Source: an uncultured Acidobacteriota bacterium (GTDB lineage: Bacteria > Acidobacteriota > UBA6911). Taken from it: a stretch of 64,000 bases of DNA. Positions 10,582 to 21,070 of the stretch are shown here, piece by piece. The position numbers were made by a program, and so were the translations under genes. The DNA lies in contig CAWHCF010000041.1 in assembly GCA_963827655.1 (NCBI GenBank), forward strand, positions 128,001 through 192,000. The letters are read 5' to 3'. Positions within the stretch are counted from its first letter, which is position 1. The number at the start of each line of letters is the position of its first letter. Under the pieces are notes generated by a model. It searched no databases. It was not told the origin of the DNA and saw only the letters and a list, made by a program, of their open reading frames with translations.

Positions 10582-11271
10582 TCAAGTAACTCCGGGGGCG
10601 TAATAGCGCTGAGTTCTCGGCAGCCGGCCGCGCAGGCCAAGCCGGAAAAACAGCGCCGCTAAAGTCACGAAGACGGCGAGCCGCAGACGACCCAGATGAA
10701 CCTCGGACAGGCCGAGTGGACCGGCAAGCCGCCAAACCCCCCAGATCGCGATTTGAGCGGGCACCACCGTCCACATCGCGGTATAAAACCAGGCCTTCTC
10801 CGCGCCCTCTTGATAGGTGGACCGGCGGGCTCTCGGCGTCCAGTTGAGGGCCGTTGCGATTATCACCACCAAGGCAAGAGGATAGTACAGATAGTCGTAT
10901 AGCTTTTCCAACAACCACCGTCCGGTGATAGCAGCCATGCTCAGACCGATCAGATTCAGAGAAAATGGTACCAGGATGCTGATCCAGGCGGCGGTATAAC
11001 AGATGACCCGATATGGAAGGTTCGGAAGATCGGCCCCGTAGTGCGTGATGTATGGCTGCGGTTCCACGCCTGGAAGACGACCGAGAAGCCCTCTCCAGGC
11101 GCAAATAGCTCCGACCACACCCAACCAGATCCAGTGGCGGCGGTCGGGGCCATGAACATAAAGATCGTAGGTCCAGTGTCCGGGTAGAATGAAGAATACC
11201 CATATCCATATGGGTAAATGCAGCACCCGGTAGTACGTCTTATTCTGCTCGCGCTCGACGACTTTCTTCAT
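10582..11271 (-). CDS. Hypothetical multi-TM membrane protein
   Basis: 229 aa with about 6 hydrophobic segments; GGAGA RBS. Confidence 0.75.
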   Translation of the reverse strand: MKKVVEREQNKTYYRVLHLPIWIWVFFILPGHWTYDLYVHGPDRRHWIWLGVVGAICAWRGLLGRLPGVEPQPYITHYGADLPNLPYRVICYTAAWISILVPFSLNLIGLSMAAITGRWLLEKLYDYLYYPLALVVIIATALNWTPRARRSTYQEGAEKAWFYTAMWTVVPAQIAIWGVWRLAGPLGLSEVHLGRLRLAVFVTLAALFFRLGLRGRLPRTQRYYAPGVT

Positions 11272-11360
11272 CTCTCCTTGGCGCTTCCGCGCATCTTTGC
11301 CTCTTCGTGGTTAATTCTGTTGAGCCGTCTTAACCACATAGACTCGAAGGTCACAAGCTG

Positions 11361-13901
11361 TCAGCTTGCAGGGTTGCCGAGTAAAGCGACACGATTCTGC
11401 AGTTCGCTGGCGATCACGGCGGGATCGTCCTTCGCATCAAAATGCGCCGGCGGCCCCATCGTCACCTTGACAGTCCCGGGGCGCGCAACCTTTCTCCCGG
11501 CTTGTTTCAGCTCGAACAGCCCGTCAATTCGGATCGGGATCACCGGCACACCAAGATTCTTGACGAGCAATCCGATGCCGGTACGAAAGGGCGCCATCGC
11601 GCCGTCCTCGGTGCGACGTCCCTCGGGAAAAACCAACAGACTGAAACCCCGGTCTATGGACTCGCCCGCAAAAGCGAAGCTCTCGCGAAAACCGGTTTGC
11701 TGCGGCAGCGGAAAAACGTTAAAGAGCGCCACAACCAACCCGTAGTTTAGCTTGCGAAGCCAACGTCTGAAAGAGCTCAAATGCAAGGGGGGCCGGCGCA
11801 TGGCCTGCAATCGTTCTCCTTCCATCGCCACGGCCAGGCGGTGGCGCAGCCGGCTCGGAAGCGCCGCCAGAATGAAGCCGATATCGACGCTGGCAATGTG
11901 GTTGGCCACGATCAGAACCGGCTCCTTCACTCCGCCAAGTCTTTCGCGGCCAAGAATCCGGGGACGCGCCATCAGCATAGTCGCCGGCCATACGAGCAGG
12001 TAATAGACCGCCAGACGAATCCAGGTTATAGGCCAGCGCTGGGTCCAGCGCGGAAAGCTGTAGTCGGAGCGGCGCGGGCCGCGTTCTCGCAGCATTTGCT
12101 CGAGTTCTCCCAGGGTCGTTGCTGAAGTGAATCTGGTTTCATTGAGATCCACCTGGTAACGGTCTTCGATGGCGCTCATGAGCGCAACCCGGTCGAGCGA
12201 GCTGAGATTCAGATCAGCTTCCAGATTCGCATGTTCAGAGGGGTCTGCCGGCGCCCGCCCCGTAACCCGCTCAATCAAATCAACCAGCGTCCTGCCTCCC
12301 GGACTGGCTCTGCTCTCCCCTGCTATTTGCGCCTGAACCCTCTCTTGAATCACGCTGGTTCGAGGTTTCAGCGTCGAGGTTCGAGGAAAATCCTCTTCGG
12401 GCCACACAAACCACCGGCGAATGTGCTGATATTCGGCCAGTGACTCGTTGGCGCGCGCGACGACATTTTTGACATCTTTGACTCCTTCCGCCAGGATCAG
12501 GACGGCGCAGGGTTCTGCATTACCCTCGCGCGCGATGCCGACCACGACGCAGTCGCGTACTTCCGGTTGCCCACGCAGCGCAGCTTCAAGATCTTCCGGA
12601 TAGACGTTCATGCCCTCGGGCGTGACGATTACGTTTTTCTTTCGACCTTTGAAGTAAAGGTTGCCCTGTGCATCGAGCTCTCCCATGTCGCCGGTATGAA
12701 ACCATCCCTCCTGACCGAGACCTGGTCTCAATTCCGTCCCCTGCCAGTAGCCCGCTGCAATATTCTCGCCGCGTACCAGAATCTCGCCGCTCTCGTCCAG
12801 TCTGATTTCGCGCCCCGGCAAGACTTTGCCGATCGATCCCCTGCCTAATTTGAATGGATGGTTGACGCTTACCAGCGAGGTTGTTTCGGTGAGGCCATAT
12901 CCCTGAATCACGGCAAATCCCAGCCGTGCCCAGAATACCTCGGTTTCGAGATCCAGCGCCGCACCGCCGGAGACAAAGGCCCAGAATTTCCAGCCGAACC
13001 TGGCATGCACGCGGCGAAACCTCCACCAGCGCTTGATAAAGTGCTCCCCCATGGCGGTTTCCAGCTCCTTGCGAAACCGGTCGAGCGTGCCCTCCGCTTC
13101 GAAGTCGAGCTCGATCTTTTCCTTCAAGGTCTCGAGAATACGCGGGACCGCCACCAGCACCGAAATGCGCTCGCGCTTGATAACGCGGATTACCTCCGAG
13201 GGATTCAGACTCTCCTGGAACACCACGATGCCTTGCAGCAGGTGAGGCACGAAGATACCGAGGAATTGCCCGAAAACATGACTCAGCGGAAGCAAGTTCA
13301 AGAATCGTATCGGGTGAACGATTCGTTCGTATTTCAGGTATTTCTGAATTTCGATTTCGAGGGGCTCCAGGTTCGCCAGGATGTTGCCGTGCGAAATAAC
13401 CACGCCTTTGGGTTCTGCTGTCGTTCCGGAAGTGAAAACTATCTGCACCGGATCGTCACGCCCCAGATCGGGCTGGGAATAGGGCGTCCTGGAATCCTGG
13501 GCCGAGTGCTCGGCCAGGCTTTCGAAAAAAAGCCTGGGGAGGGCGGGATCGAGCTCCGGCTGTGTGCCGGAACAGACTACGAGTTTTGCATCTACCTGCC
13601 GGGCGACGCGCAAAGCGAAGTCGGGCGACGCGATGCGGTCCATAGGAACAACGACAACGCCTTGAAGCACGCAGCCCAAAAAGGCTACGACCCACTCCGC
13701 ACAGTTATCTCCCCAGATCAGTACCCGATCCGCTTTGCGAATGTTAAGCTCGGCCAGCCGGCGCGCGAACCCATGGGAAGAATCCGCAATCTCGCGATAT
13801 GTCCAGCGCGACATCCGATAACCACGGGGGTGGAGGTACGCAGTCTGTGAACCCTGCGCGTAAAACCTGTCCACATATTCCACAAGGGTCCGGCGTCGCA
13901 T
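11361..13901 (-). CDS. Long-chain acyl-CoA synthetase + carrier domain + PlsC acyltransferase fusion
   Basis: FTSGTTAEPKG, GYGLTE, TGD; LSSLDRV carrier motif; NHIASVD and FPEGRRT. Confidence 0.9.
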   Translation of the reverse strand: MRRRTLVEYVDRFYAQGSQTAYLHPRGYRMSRWTYREIADSSHGFARRLAELNIRKADRVLIWGDNCAEWVVAFLGCVLQGVVVVPMDRIASPDFALRVARQVDAKLVVCSGTQPELDPALPRLFFESLAEHSAQDSRTPYSQPDLGRDDPVQIVFTSGTTAEPKGVVISHGNILANLEPLEIEIQKYLKYERIVHPIRFLNLLPLSHVFGQFLGIFVPHLLQGIVVFQESLNPSEVIRVIKRERISVLVAVPRILETLKEKIELDFEAEGTLDRFRKELETAMGEHFIKRWWRFRRVHARFGWKFWAFVSGGAALDLETEVFWARLGFAVIQGYGLTETTSLVSVNHPFKLGRGSIGKVLPGREIRLDESGEILVRGENIAAGYWQGTELRPGLGQEGWFHTGDMGELDAQGNLYFKGRKKNVIVTPEGMNVYPEDLEAALRGQPEVRDCVVVGIAREGNAEPCAVLILAEGVKDVKNVVARANESLAEYQHIRRWFVWPEEDFPRTSTLKPRTSVIQERVQAQIAGESRASPGGRTLVDLIERVTGRAPADPSEHANLEADLNLSSLDRVALMSAIEDRYQVDLNETRFTSATTLGELEQMLRERGPRRSDYSFPRWTQRWPITWIRLAVYYLLVWPATMLMARPRILGRERLGGVKEPVLIVANHIASVDIGFILAALPSRLRHRLAVAMEGERLQAMRRPPLHLSSFRRWLRKLNYGLVVALFNVFPLPQQTGFRESFAFAGESIDRGFSLLVFPEGRRTEDGAMAPFRTGIGLLVKNLGVPVIPIRIDGLFELKQAGRKVARPGTVKVTMGPPAHFDAKDDPAVIASELQNRVALLGNPAS

Positions 13902-14153
13902 TCAAACTCGCAAAGCTCTCGAACATCCGGCCGACAGTTCGGCTTTTTTCATTCGGCTGCTGCGTCATGCGCTTTTCGCGGACTTACGGCCATTAGCCTA
14001 TGCGCTGTCGGTCCGTAGGTTTTTCCTCTTCTTCGTCCTAGGCCAGCCCGCACTGTCTGAATCGCAGAAAAATATTGTCACAGTCCGGGCCGGATCGTAC
14101 ACCTCAATGATAAACTTTAAAGCCACGGCTTTTCTCACGGAACGGAGCTATTC

Positions 14154-15137
14154 GTGGCTTCAGCCAGAATCCTTGACGCGTCGGAAAATGGGGCCCTCGC
14201 CGAGGCCGCCGAAATAATCAGACGGGGCGGATTGGTGGCGTTTCCGACTGAAACGGTGTACGGGCTCGGAGCCGATGCCTGCAATCCCCTCGCGGTTGCT
14301 CGCATATTTGAGGCAAAGCGACGCCCCAGGATGGATCCGATCATTGTCCATGTCGCCGATTCCCAAGAAGCAAGTACTTATGGGGAGTTGTCCGCAGAGC
14401 CGGCCCGGCTTCTCATGGAGCGTTTCTGGCCCGGTCCCCTCACTCTCGTGGTACGCAAGAGGGACATCGTTCCCCCGATTGTAACCGCCGGCCTTGAAAC
14501 CGTGGCTCTGCGAGCGCCGGCTCACCCTGTGGCCATCGCGCTGCTCCGGAACGCGGGAAGGGCCATAGCCGCGCCGAGCGCCAATCTCTTTAGTTACGTA
14601 AGTCCGACGGAGGCGCTCCACGTGGCAGAAGAGCTTTCCGACAAGGTTGATCTGATCCTTGACGGAGGGAGAACTCCAATCGGTATAGAATCCACAGTTG
14701 TCGACCTGACGGGCGTGCGCCCATGCCTCCTGCGAGCTGGTGGAACGCCGGCCGAGGAACTGCAGAGAATTCTGGGTGATCTGGATCGGTCCACAGGAAG
14801 CGCGGGTCGTCCGCGGGCGCCCGGCCAGTTGAAGCGGCACTACGCCACGCGAACGCCGCTTGAGATTGCCGGCGGCAGTCCGGACGATCTTTTTCTGAAG
14901 CCCCACGAGAAGGTAGGAGCATTGATCTGGAGATCGCTGGGCCATCCCGAACGATTCGCGGCCATCGAAATACTCTCGCGCTCAGGAAATTTCCGCGAGG
15001 CCGCCGCCAATCTCTTCGGCGCGCTTCGAAGACTCGACCATCTCGGCCTGGACCGTATCGTCGCCGAGCCGGTCCCCGAGACAGGATTGGGAATCGCGAT
15101 CATGGATCGGCTGCGGCGCTGTTCAACGCCGCCCTAG
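14154..15137 (+). CDS. sua5: L-threonylcarbamoyladenylate synthase (YrdC + SUA5 domains)
   Basis: AFPTETVYGLGA, WPGPLT, APSAN, PGQLKRHYA. Confidence 0.93.
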   Translation: MASARILDASENGALAEAAEIIRRGGLVAFPTETVYGLGADACNPLAVARIFEAKRRPRMDPIIVHVADSQEASTYGELSAEPARLLMERFWPGPLTLVVRKRDIVPPIVTAGLETVALRAPAHPVAIALLRNAGRAIAAPSANLFSYVSPTEALHVAEELSDKVDLILDGGRTPIGIESTVVDLTGVRPCLLRAGGTPAEELQRILGDLDRSTGSAGRPRAPGQLKRHYATRTPLEIAGGSPDDLFLKPHEKVGALIWRSLGHPERFAAIEILSRSGNFREAAANLFGALRRLDHLGLDRIVAEPVPETGLGIAIMDRLRRCSTPP

Positions 15138-15174
15138 ACAGACTATTAGTGTTTCTTCGTGTCTTCGCGTCTCA

Positions 15175-15407
15175 GGGCTCGCGCAGAAATAACTTCACAT
15201 TCTGGCGCGAGAGTCGGTGGTCAATCATGGACCAGTTTCTGTTCGTTAAGCACTCTAAGGATCGCGCCCCTTCGGGCTGCGGCCCGCAGGCCCGCTGGCT
15301 TTGTTGCTCGCTCCTCACGTACCGCACCGGGTACGCATCGTCGCTCGCGCCTCGCCAGCGGGCCTGGGGGCCTGCAGCAGAATGCGAACTTATTTCTGCG
15401 CGAACCC
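15175..15407 (+). mobile_element. MITE family 1, copy B, inserted in a REP-like repeat
   Basis: Same TIRs and body as 4048-4275; flanks rejoin to ...gtcttcgcgtct-tggcggtt. Confidence 0.88.
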
Positions 15408-15470
15408 TTGGCGGTTGATTTTGTTGGGTGGCTGCTGGACATCACCATCCACGCGGGGTATATTGCGCTT

Positions 15471-15573
15471 CGATGGGGAGTAGCCCCGGGGCACTGCTCC
15501 GGGCCGCGGCCGTCAGCACGATTCTTGGGAATCCGGTCCGGTAACGCATATTCTGGCGGGGGCGAGACCATCG
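15471..15573 (+). ncRNA. yybP-ykoY (Mn2+) riboswitch
   Basis: CGATGG/CCATCG closing stem; GGGGAGTAGC...CGTCA...GGCGAGACC signature; directly upstream of terC/alx. Confidence 0.85.
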
Positions 15574-15725
15574 CTGTCGAAGTGGAAAGCTTCAGCGGCG
15601 ACGGTGTCGCCCCCGTTTGCGTTATACCTGTCAGGTCAGGCGGGAGTCGCTTGGACGAGACTCACGACGACAGCGTCTGTTTCTTGGATCATCGCTGACG
15701 GTTGTACGAGATAAAGGAGAAGTCA

Positions 15726-16709
15726 TTGCCTGAAAGCGTCGCAAACCCCTTCTTTCTGTTAGGATTTCTCGTAGTTGTCCTCTTTCTCCTGGCGCTTGAT
15801 CTTGGGGTGCTTCACCGCAAGGCGCACGTCGTCGGTTTCCGCGAGGCTCTTTTGTGGAGCATCGTCTGGGTCATTCTTTCTCTCTCGTTCGGCACGTTCG
15901 TTTACTTCAAATTCGGTCCAACCAAAGGGCTCGAGTTCTTCGCCGGCTACCTCATCGAGTATGCCCTCAGTGTGGACAACATCTTTGTTTTTATTCTGCT
16001 CTTTTCCTACTTTGCCGTGCCGCCAAGGCTCCACCATCGGGTTTTGTTCTGGGGAATCATCGGCGCCCTGATTATGCGGGCCACGTTCATTCTCGCAGGC
16101 GCGGCGCTCCTGGAGATGTTTCATTGGATTATCTATGTCTTCGGGGCCTTCCTGGTCTTCACCGGTTACAAGATCCTGAAGCAAGGGGAAACCGAAGTGC
16201 ACCCGGAACGGAATCCGGTCGTACGCTTGTTCCAGCGCTTCGTTCCCCTGGTGGCCGACTATGGGAGCGAACGGTTCCTTGTGAAGCTGGACGGCAAGAC
16301 GTTTGCAACCCCCCTCGCCCTTGTTCTGGTGACGGTCGAGACCACCGATGTCGTCTTCGCCGTGGATTCGATCCCGGCTATTTTTGCCGTCAGCCGCGAT
16401 CCTTTCATTGTTTACACTTCGAACGTTTGTGCGATTCTCGGGCTGCGCTCGATGTACTTCCTTCTGGCGACTATTGTGGATCGCTTTCCCTATTTGAACG
16501 TAGGGTTGGGATTTGTGCTGATGTTCGTGGGCGTGAAAATGCTGTTAGCAGATGTTTATAAGATTCCGATCGGCGTCTCCCTCGCGGTGGTGGCTTTAAT
16601 TCTGGCCGCTTCAATCGCAGCTTCTCTGATCCGGCCTCCGAAGGGCCCCCCGGCCAAAACTTCAATTCCAGAACCCCCTCTGGTAACATCTCGTCGAGAA
16701 GATTCTTAA
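15726..16709 (+). CDS. TerC/Alx family membrane protein
   Basis: IEYALSVDNIFVF, RVLFWGIIGALIMR, ETTDVVFAVDSIPA, SNVCAILGLR; TTG start after AAGGAG. Confidence 0.93.
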   Translation: MPESVANPFFLLGFLVVVLFLLALDLGVLHRKAHVVGFREALLWSIVWVILSLSFGTFVYFKFGPTKGLEFFAGYLIEYALSVDNIFVFILLFSYFAVPPRLHHRVLFWGIIGALIMRATFILAGAALLEMFHWIIYVFGAFLVFTGYKILKQGETEVHPERNPVVRLFQRFVPLVADYGSERFLVKLDGKTFATPLALVLVTVETTDVVFAVDSIPAIFAVSRDPFIVYTSNVCAILGLRSMYFLLATIVDRFPYLNVGLGFVLMFVGVKMLLADVYKIPIGVSLAVVALILAASIAASLIRPPKGPPAKTSIPEPPLVTSRREDS

Positions 16710-16732
16710 CCTGCGACGGAGGAGGATCTCAC

Positions 16733-16951
16733 GTGCCGATTTATGAGTATGAGTGCCGCAGTTGCGGAGCGCGATTCGAACAACTATTGCTCAACAGCCG
16801 CACGGAAGTCATGTGTCGAGAGTGTGAGAGTCCCAATGTCGCCCAGCTTCTCTCTACTTTCGCGGTCGCCGGCGCGAGCGACCGAGGAACAGCGGAACCG
16901 GGACCCTGCGGAGCGTGCGGCGCGCCAGAGCGCGGCTCATGCTCTTCTTAG
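16733..16951 (+). CDS. FmdB-family zinc ribbon protein
   Basis: MPIYEYECRSCG...CRECES; GGAGGA RBS. Confidence 0.9.
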   Translation: MPIYEYECRSCGARFEQLLLNSRTEVMCRECESPNVAQLLSTFAVAGASDRGTAEPGPCGACGAPERGSCSS

Positions 16952-17033
16952 GCGCTTAGTAATCCGTTCAAACCAACATGTTGTCATTCACGAAGGGCCT
17001 TTCGTTCGGGGCTAAGCCCCGAACGAACCTTAG
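16947..17033 (+). mobile_element. MITE-like family 2, copy B
   Basis: CTTAG direct repeats, the first containing the FmdB stop codon; terminal hairpin. Confidence 0.75.
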
Positions 17034-17092
17034 CGCCTTCGTGGTTAGTGGCTGCGAAGCACAACCACGGAGACACGAAGACGCCAAGAAAG
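17034..17092. repeat. REP-like inverted pair (cttcgtggtt ... aaccacggagacacgaagacgccaagaaa)
   Basis: Same family at about 7861, 11295-11360, 22018, 24040-24107, 26036-26105, 33780-33840, 40414, 46784. Confidence 0.7.
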
Positions 17093-17093
17093 C

Positions 17094-18776
17094 CTAACTT
17101 GTGACTGCGCCGCGGTAAGCCGGGCCTACCAGGGCCGAGTACTTGGCCAGAACTCCCCGTGTGTAGCGGGGTGCCGGAGGGATCCAGGTGGAGAGCCTGC
17201 CGGATATTTCTTCCGGTCCGAGTTTAACCTCGAGTTTTCCGTTTTTGGCATCGACCAGGACCGTGTCCCCGTTGCGAAGAGCGGCGATGGGGCCTCCGAC
17301 AATCGCTTCGGGACCGACATGTCCGACCATGAGGCCCCGGGTAGCCCCGCTGAATCGCCCATCTGTGATCAGAGCCACACTCTTTCCCAGTCCCTGTCCG
17401 TAGAGTGCCGCGGTCACGCCTAACATTTCCCGCATGCCGGGTCCTCCTTTCGGCCCCTCATAGCGAATCACCACCACGTCACCGGGCTGAATCTCGTGCC
17501 TCTGAATCGCCGCAAAACAATCCTCCTCACAGTCGTACACCCTGGCCGGACCCTCGTGGACAAGGTTCTCGACGCCTGCCACCTTGCAAACCGAACCCTC
17601 CGGAGCCAAGTTCCCGCGCAGGATGGCAAGGCCTCCCGAAGAACTCAACGGGCGATCGACTGAAACGACGACCTTCTGGCCTGCAACTGGCTTCACTGAC
17701 ACAAGGTTTTCCTTCATGGTCTTACCCGTCACCGTCAGGCAATCTCCATGAAGCAGCCCCGCGTCGAGCAATGTCTTCAAGATCACCGGCACTCCACCGG
17801 CCTTGTGTAGATCCGCCATCACGTACTCTCCACCGGGACGAAGGTTAGCGATGATGGGTGTGCGGCGCGATATCTTTTCGATCTCATCCAGGCCAAGAGC
17901 AAAGCCCGCTTCATGAGCGATTGCGGGCAAGTGAAGCGCGGCGTTGGTTGAGCCGCCGGTCGCTACCACAACGGTAACGGCATTCTCGAGCGCCTTGGGC
18001 GTGAGAATGTCGCGGGGAGTGATTCCCTCCTGGAGCAGGCGCATCACCGCCCGGCCGGCATCCTCGGCGAACCTGTCGCGGGCCTCCTCAACGGCTGGAG
18101 GGGACGAACTTCCAGGAAGCGCGATACCCATCGCTTCCGCGGCGCACGCCATGGTATTCGCCGTGTACTGGCCGCCACAGGAACCTGCGCCTGGACAGGC
18201 ATGACACTCCAGCTCGTACAGATCCTCGTCCGTCATCTTCCCATTCGCGTGGGCTCCGACCGCTTCGAAAACATCCTGGATGGTCACGTCCCGCCCTCGA
18301 AAGCTTCCCGTGAGGATTGTTCCGCCGTACAGGAATACGCTCGGCAAATTCAAGCGGGCCATTGCCATGATTACCCCTGGAAGGCTCTTGTCGCATCCGG
18401 CTATCCCGACCAGCGCGTCATAGCAATGCGCGTTCATCATCAACTCGATCGAGTCGGCAATAGTCTCGCGGCTCACCAGCGAAGACTTCATGCCCTCATG
18501 TCCCATGGCGATTCCGTCGCTGACCGAAATGGTTATGAACTCTCGGGGCGTTCCGCGGGCCGCGAGAACTCCTGCCTTGGCCGCTTGGGCCTGCCGGCTA
18601 AGCGAGATGTTGCAGGGAGTCGCTTCATTCCATGTGCTTGCTACTCCCACAAACGGGCGGTTGAGAGCTTCATCGTCGAGTCCCATTGAACGCAGATAGG
18701 CGCGATGAGGTGCGTGCTCGGGGCCTTTAGTCACAGTGTGGCTGCGCAGTTTCCCGGCCAAGGTTTCAGTTGCCAT
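17094..18776 (-). CDS. ilvD: Dihydroxy-acid dehydratase
   Basis: [47 protein letters not shown]. Confidence 0.96.
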   Translation of the reverse strand: MATETLAGKLRSHTVTKGPEHAPHRAYLRSMGLDDEALNRPFVGVASTWNEATPCNISLSRQAQAAKAGVLAARGTPREFITISVSDGIAMGHEGMKSSLVSRETIADSIELMMNAHCYDALVGIAGCDKSLPGVIMAMARLNLPSVFLYGGTILTGSFRGRDVTIQDVFEAVGAHANGKMTDEDLYELECHACPGAGSCGGQYTANTMACAAEAMGIALPGSSSPPAVEEARDRFAEDAGRAVMRLLQEGITPRDILTPKALENAVTVVVATGGSTNAALHLPAIAHEAGFALGLDEIEKISRRTPIIANLRPGGEYVMADLHKAGGVPVILKTLLDAGLLHGDCLTVTGKTMKENLVSVKPVAGQKVVVSVDRPLSSSGGLAILRGNLAPEGSVCKVAGVENLVHEGPARVYDCEEDCFAAIQRHEIQPGDVVVIRYEGPKGGPGMREMLGVTAALYGQGLGKSVALITDGRFSGATRGLMVGHVGPEAIVGGPIAALRNGDTVLVDAKNGKLEVKLGPEEISGRLSTWIPPAPRYTRGVLAKYSALVGPAYRGAVTS

Positions 18777-18891
18777 GATTCCTCTCCTGATCAAAGCCAC
18801 GATACTATACTGATGATCGGCAACTGACAACCCAGCAGTAGGAGAGGAGCCGCGATCACCGACTGCCAACTGCTTACTGTCTACACCCTGC

Positions 18892-18900
18892 TGCTATAAT
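18892..18900 (+). promoter_or_regulatory. Extended -10 promoter element
   Basis: TGCTATAAT 38 nt upstream of ATG 18938. Confidence 0.6.
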
Positions 18901-18937
18901 GCATCAGTCTCTTGATGCCGGAGGAACCGTTATCTCA

Positions 18938-19915
18938 ATGAATCCGGAGTCTCAATCCTCGTGGGCGATTCGTTGCCGCGGGCTGCGCAAGCAATACAAA
19001 AGCCGCAACGGCAGTGTCGATGCGGTGAACGGGCTCGATCTAGAAATCCGCAGAGGAGAGTGCTTCGGTCTGCTCGGTCCCAACGGCGCCGGCAAAACCA
19101 CCACTATCGAAATCCTCGAAGGACTCCTGAAGGCTACGGCCGGGGACGTCGAGGTGCTGGAAATGCGCTGGGGTAAGGATGACAACGATCTGAAGCAGCG
19201 CATCGGCATCTCACTCCAGGAGACCCGCTTCTCGGAAAAGCTTTCCGTTCGCGAAACCCTGGTTCTATTCCGCAGCTTCTATAACTCGGGAAGCGAGCCC
19301 GAAGAAATCGAGGCTGCCGTCGGCCTGGAAGAGAAGACGAAATCGTGGGTGGGCAAACTCTCCGGAGGCCAACGGCAGCGTCTGGCCGTTGCTTGCGCAT
19401 TAGTGGGTAACCCGGAGCTCCTGTTCCTGGACGAGCCCACGACCGGATTGGATCCGCAATCACGGCGGCAACTTTGGGAAATAATACGAAGACTTCGAGA
19501 CGAAGGGCGCACCATCCTGATCACAACTCACTACATGGACGAAGCTGAGCGCCTTTGTGACCGCGTTGCGGTAATAGACGGAGGCCGGTTGATCGCGCTC
19601 GGCTCGCCCAGCGAGCTTATCGCCACGCTCGGCGGCGAACACGTGGTTGAATTTGCCCTGACGTCCATGGGGCATGAGGACCTGGCAACGGAAGAGTTCG
19701 AAGCGTTACCGGCGGTCACCGAGGTTCGCAAGGAAGCTGCGGGAATCGCACTCACAGTCACTGAACCCCATATTGCATTGCCCGCGCTCCTACAGAAGCT
19801 TCAGTCTGAAGGACAAACACTGGCGCGGCTGACGACGCGGCACGTGAGCCTGGAGGATGTATTCGTTCACCTCACTGGAAGACACCTGCGCGATGACGAG
19901 ACACTATCCCCTTAA
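18938..19915 (+). CDS. ABC-2 type exporter ATP-binding protein
   Basis: GPNGAGKTT, LSGGQ, LDEPTTGLD. Confidence 0.93.
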   Translation: MNPESQSSWAIRCRGLRKQYKSRNGSVDAVNGLDLEIRRGECFGLLGPNGAGKTTTIEILEGLLKATAGDVEVLEMRWGKDDNDLKQRIGISLQETRFSEKLSVRETLVLFRSFYNSGSEPEEIEAAVGLEEKTKSWVGKLSGGQRQRLAVACALVGNPELLFLDEPTTGLDPQSRRQLWEIIRRLRDEGRTILITTHYMDEAERLCDRVAVIDGGRLIALGSPSELIATLGGEHVVEFALTSMGHEDLATEEFEALPAVTEVRKEAAGIALTVTEPHIALPALLQKLQSEGQTLARLTTRHVSLEDVFVHLTGRHLRDDETLSP

Positions 19916-20928
19916 AGAGCTCTTGCTGACTCGCCTGCGCGAGTTTGTACGTGAACCACTAGTCATCTTCTGGGTCTACGGATTTCCACTCCTGCTGGCC
20001 CTGGGACTGGGAATCGCCTTCCGCAATCGCCCGGTGGACCGGGTTTTTGTCGATGTGCAGGAACACCCGGGCGCACCGGCGGCGACGGAGGCTTTACGAA
20101 GGCATCCGGAATTCATGGTTGAGATTCATTCGCCCCAGGAGTGCATGACACGCCTGCGACTGGGCAAGTCCTCGATTGTTGTAGTGCCGGGCCCGCCGTT
20201 CACTTTCCTGTTTGACCCTACCCGCTCCGAAAGCGCTCTCGCGCGCCGTCAAGTCGATGACGCGCTGCAGCAATCAGCGGGGAGGCAAAACCCGGTGGCA
20301 ACACGCGACCAGCCGGTGACCGAACCTGGAGCGCGCTACATCGATTTTCTCGTGCCCGGCTTGCTCGGAATGAACTTGATGGGAGGGGGTCTATGGGGTG
20401 TCGGTTTTCTTATCGTCGACATGAGAGTGAAGAAGCTCCTCAAACGGCTTATGGCGACTCCTATGAAGAAGGCGCATCTTCTCGGGTCCATGATCGGCGG
20501 CCGGCTGGTGTTCACCATCCCCGAAGTGTTGATCATTCTCGGAGCGGGAGCTCTCTTGTTCAATGTCGCAATCATCGGTTCCTGGGGAGCGATCTTCTGT
20601 GTTTCCCTGTTCGGAGCCATCGCTTTCGCCGCCCTCGGCTTGCTGGTTGCGAGCCGAGCCCAGCGCATTGAAACCGCATCCGGGCTGATCAATCTGATCA
20701 TGCTTCCCATGTGGTTGCTCTCCGGAATCTTCTTTTCGCCTGACCGGTTTCCGGCCATACTGCAGCCGCTGGTGCAGGCGCTACCTCTAACGCAATTGAA
20801 CTATGCCCTTCGCGCTGTGACCCTGGAAGGTGCGTCGCTGGTTTCGCAGAGTTGGAGACTGGCGATCCTTGCAATGTGGGCGTTCGGTCTCGTTCGCTTG
20901 CGCGCTGCGCTGGTTTCGGTGGCACTGA
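19893..20928 (+). CDS. ABC-2 type exporter permease; frameshift near 20885
   Basis: RYIDFLVPGLLGM, LSGIFF; alternate frame ends SFACALRWFRWH*. Confidence 0.88.
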
Positions 20929-20930
20929 GC

Positions 20931-21070
20931 CGATTGCGGATTGCAGATTGCGGATTGCGGATTTGTCATAATCTGTAAGGCTCAGCCAAATCCGAAATTC
21001 GCCAATCAAGTTAAGGTAGAGACTCGCAACCTATGGTCAATCCGCAATCCGAAATCCGCAATCCGCAATC
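20931..21070. repeat. Inverted pair of heptamer arrays (GATTGCG)n ... (CAATCCG)n
   Basis: gattgcggattgcagattgcggattgcgg and caatccgcaatccgaaatccgcaatccgcaatc. Confidence 0.85.

Noticed and set aside
12858-13850. Long antisense ORFs (also 24205-25506, 37743-38666, 41113-42117, 53266-54129)
   Set aside because: Shadow frames of well-supported genes in GC-rich DNA
14077-14105. TGTCACA as an ECF sigma promoter
   Set aside because: The spacing to a -10 element does not fit; too weak to call
18810-18885. Weak heptamer-like run (actgcca actgctt actgtct)
   Set aside because: Too degenerate to assign to the repeat families with confidence
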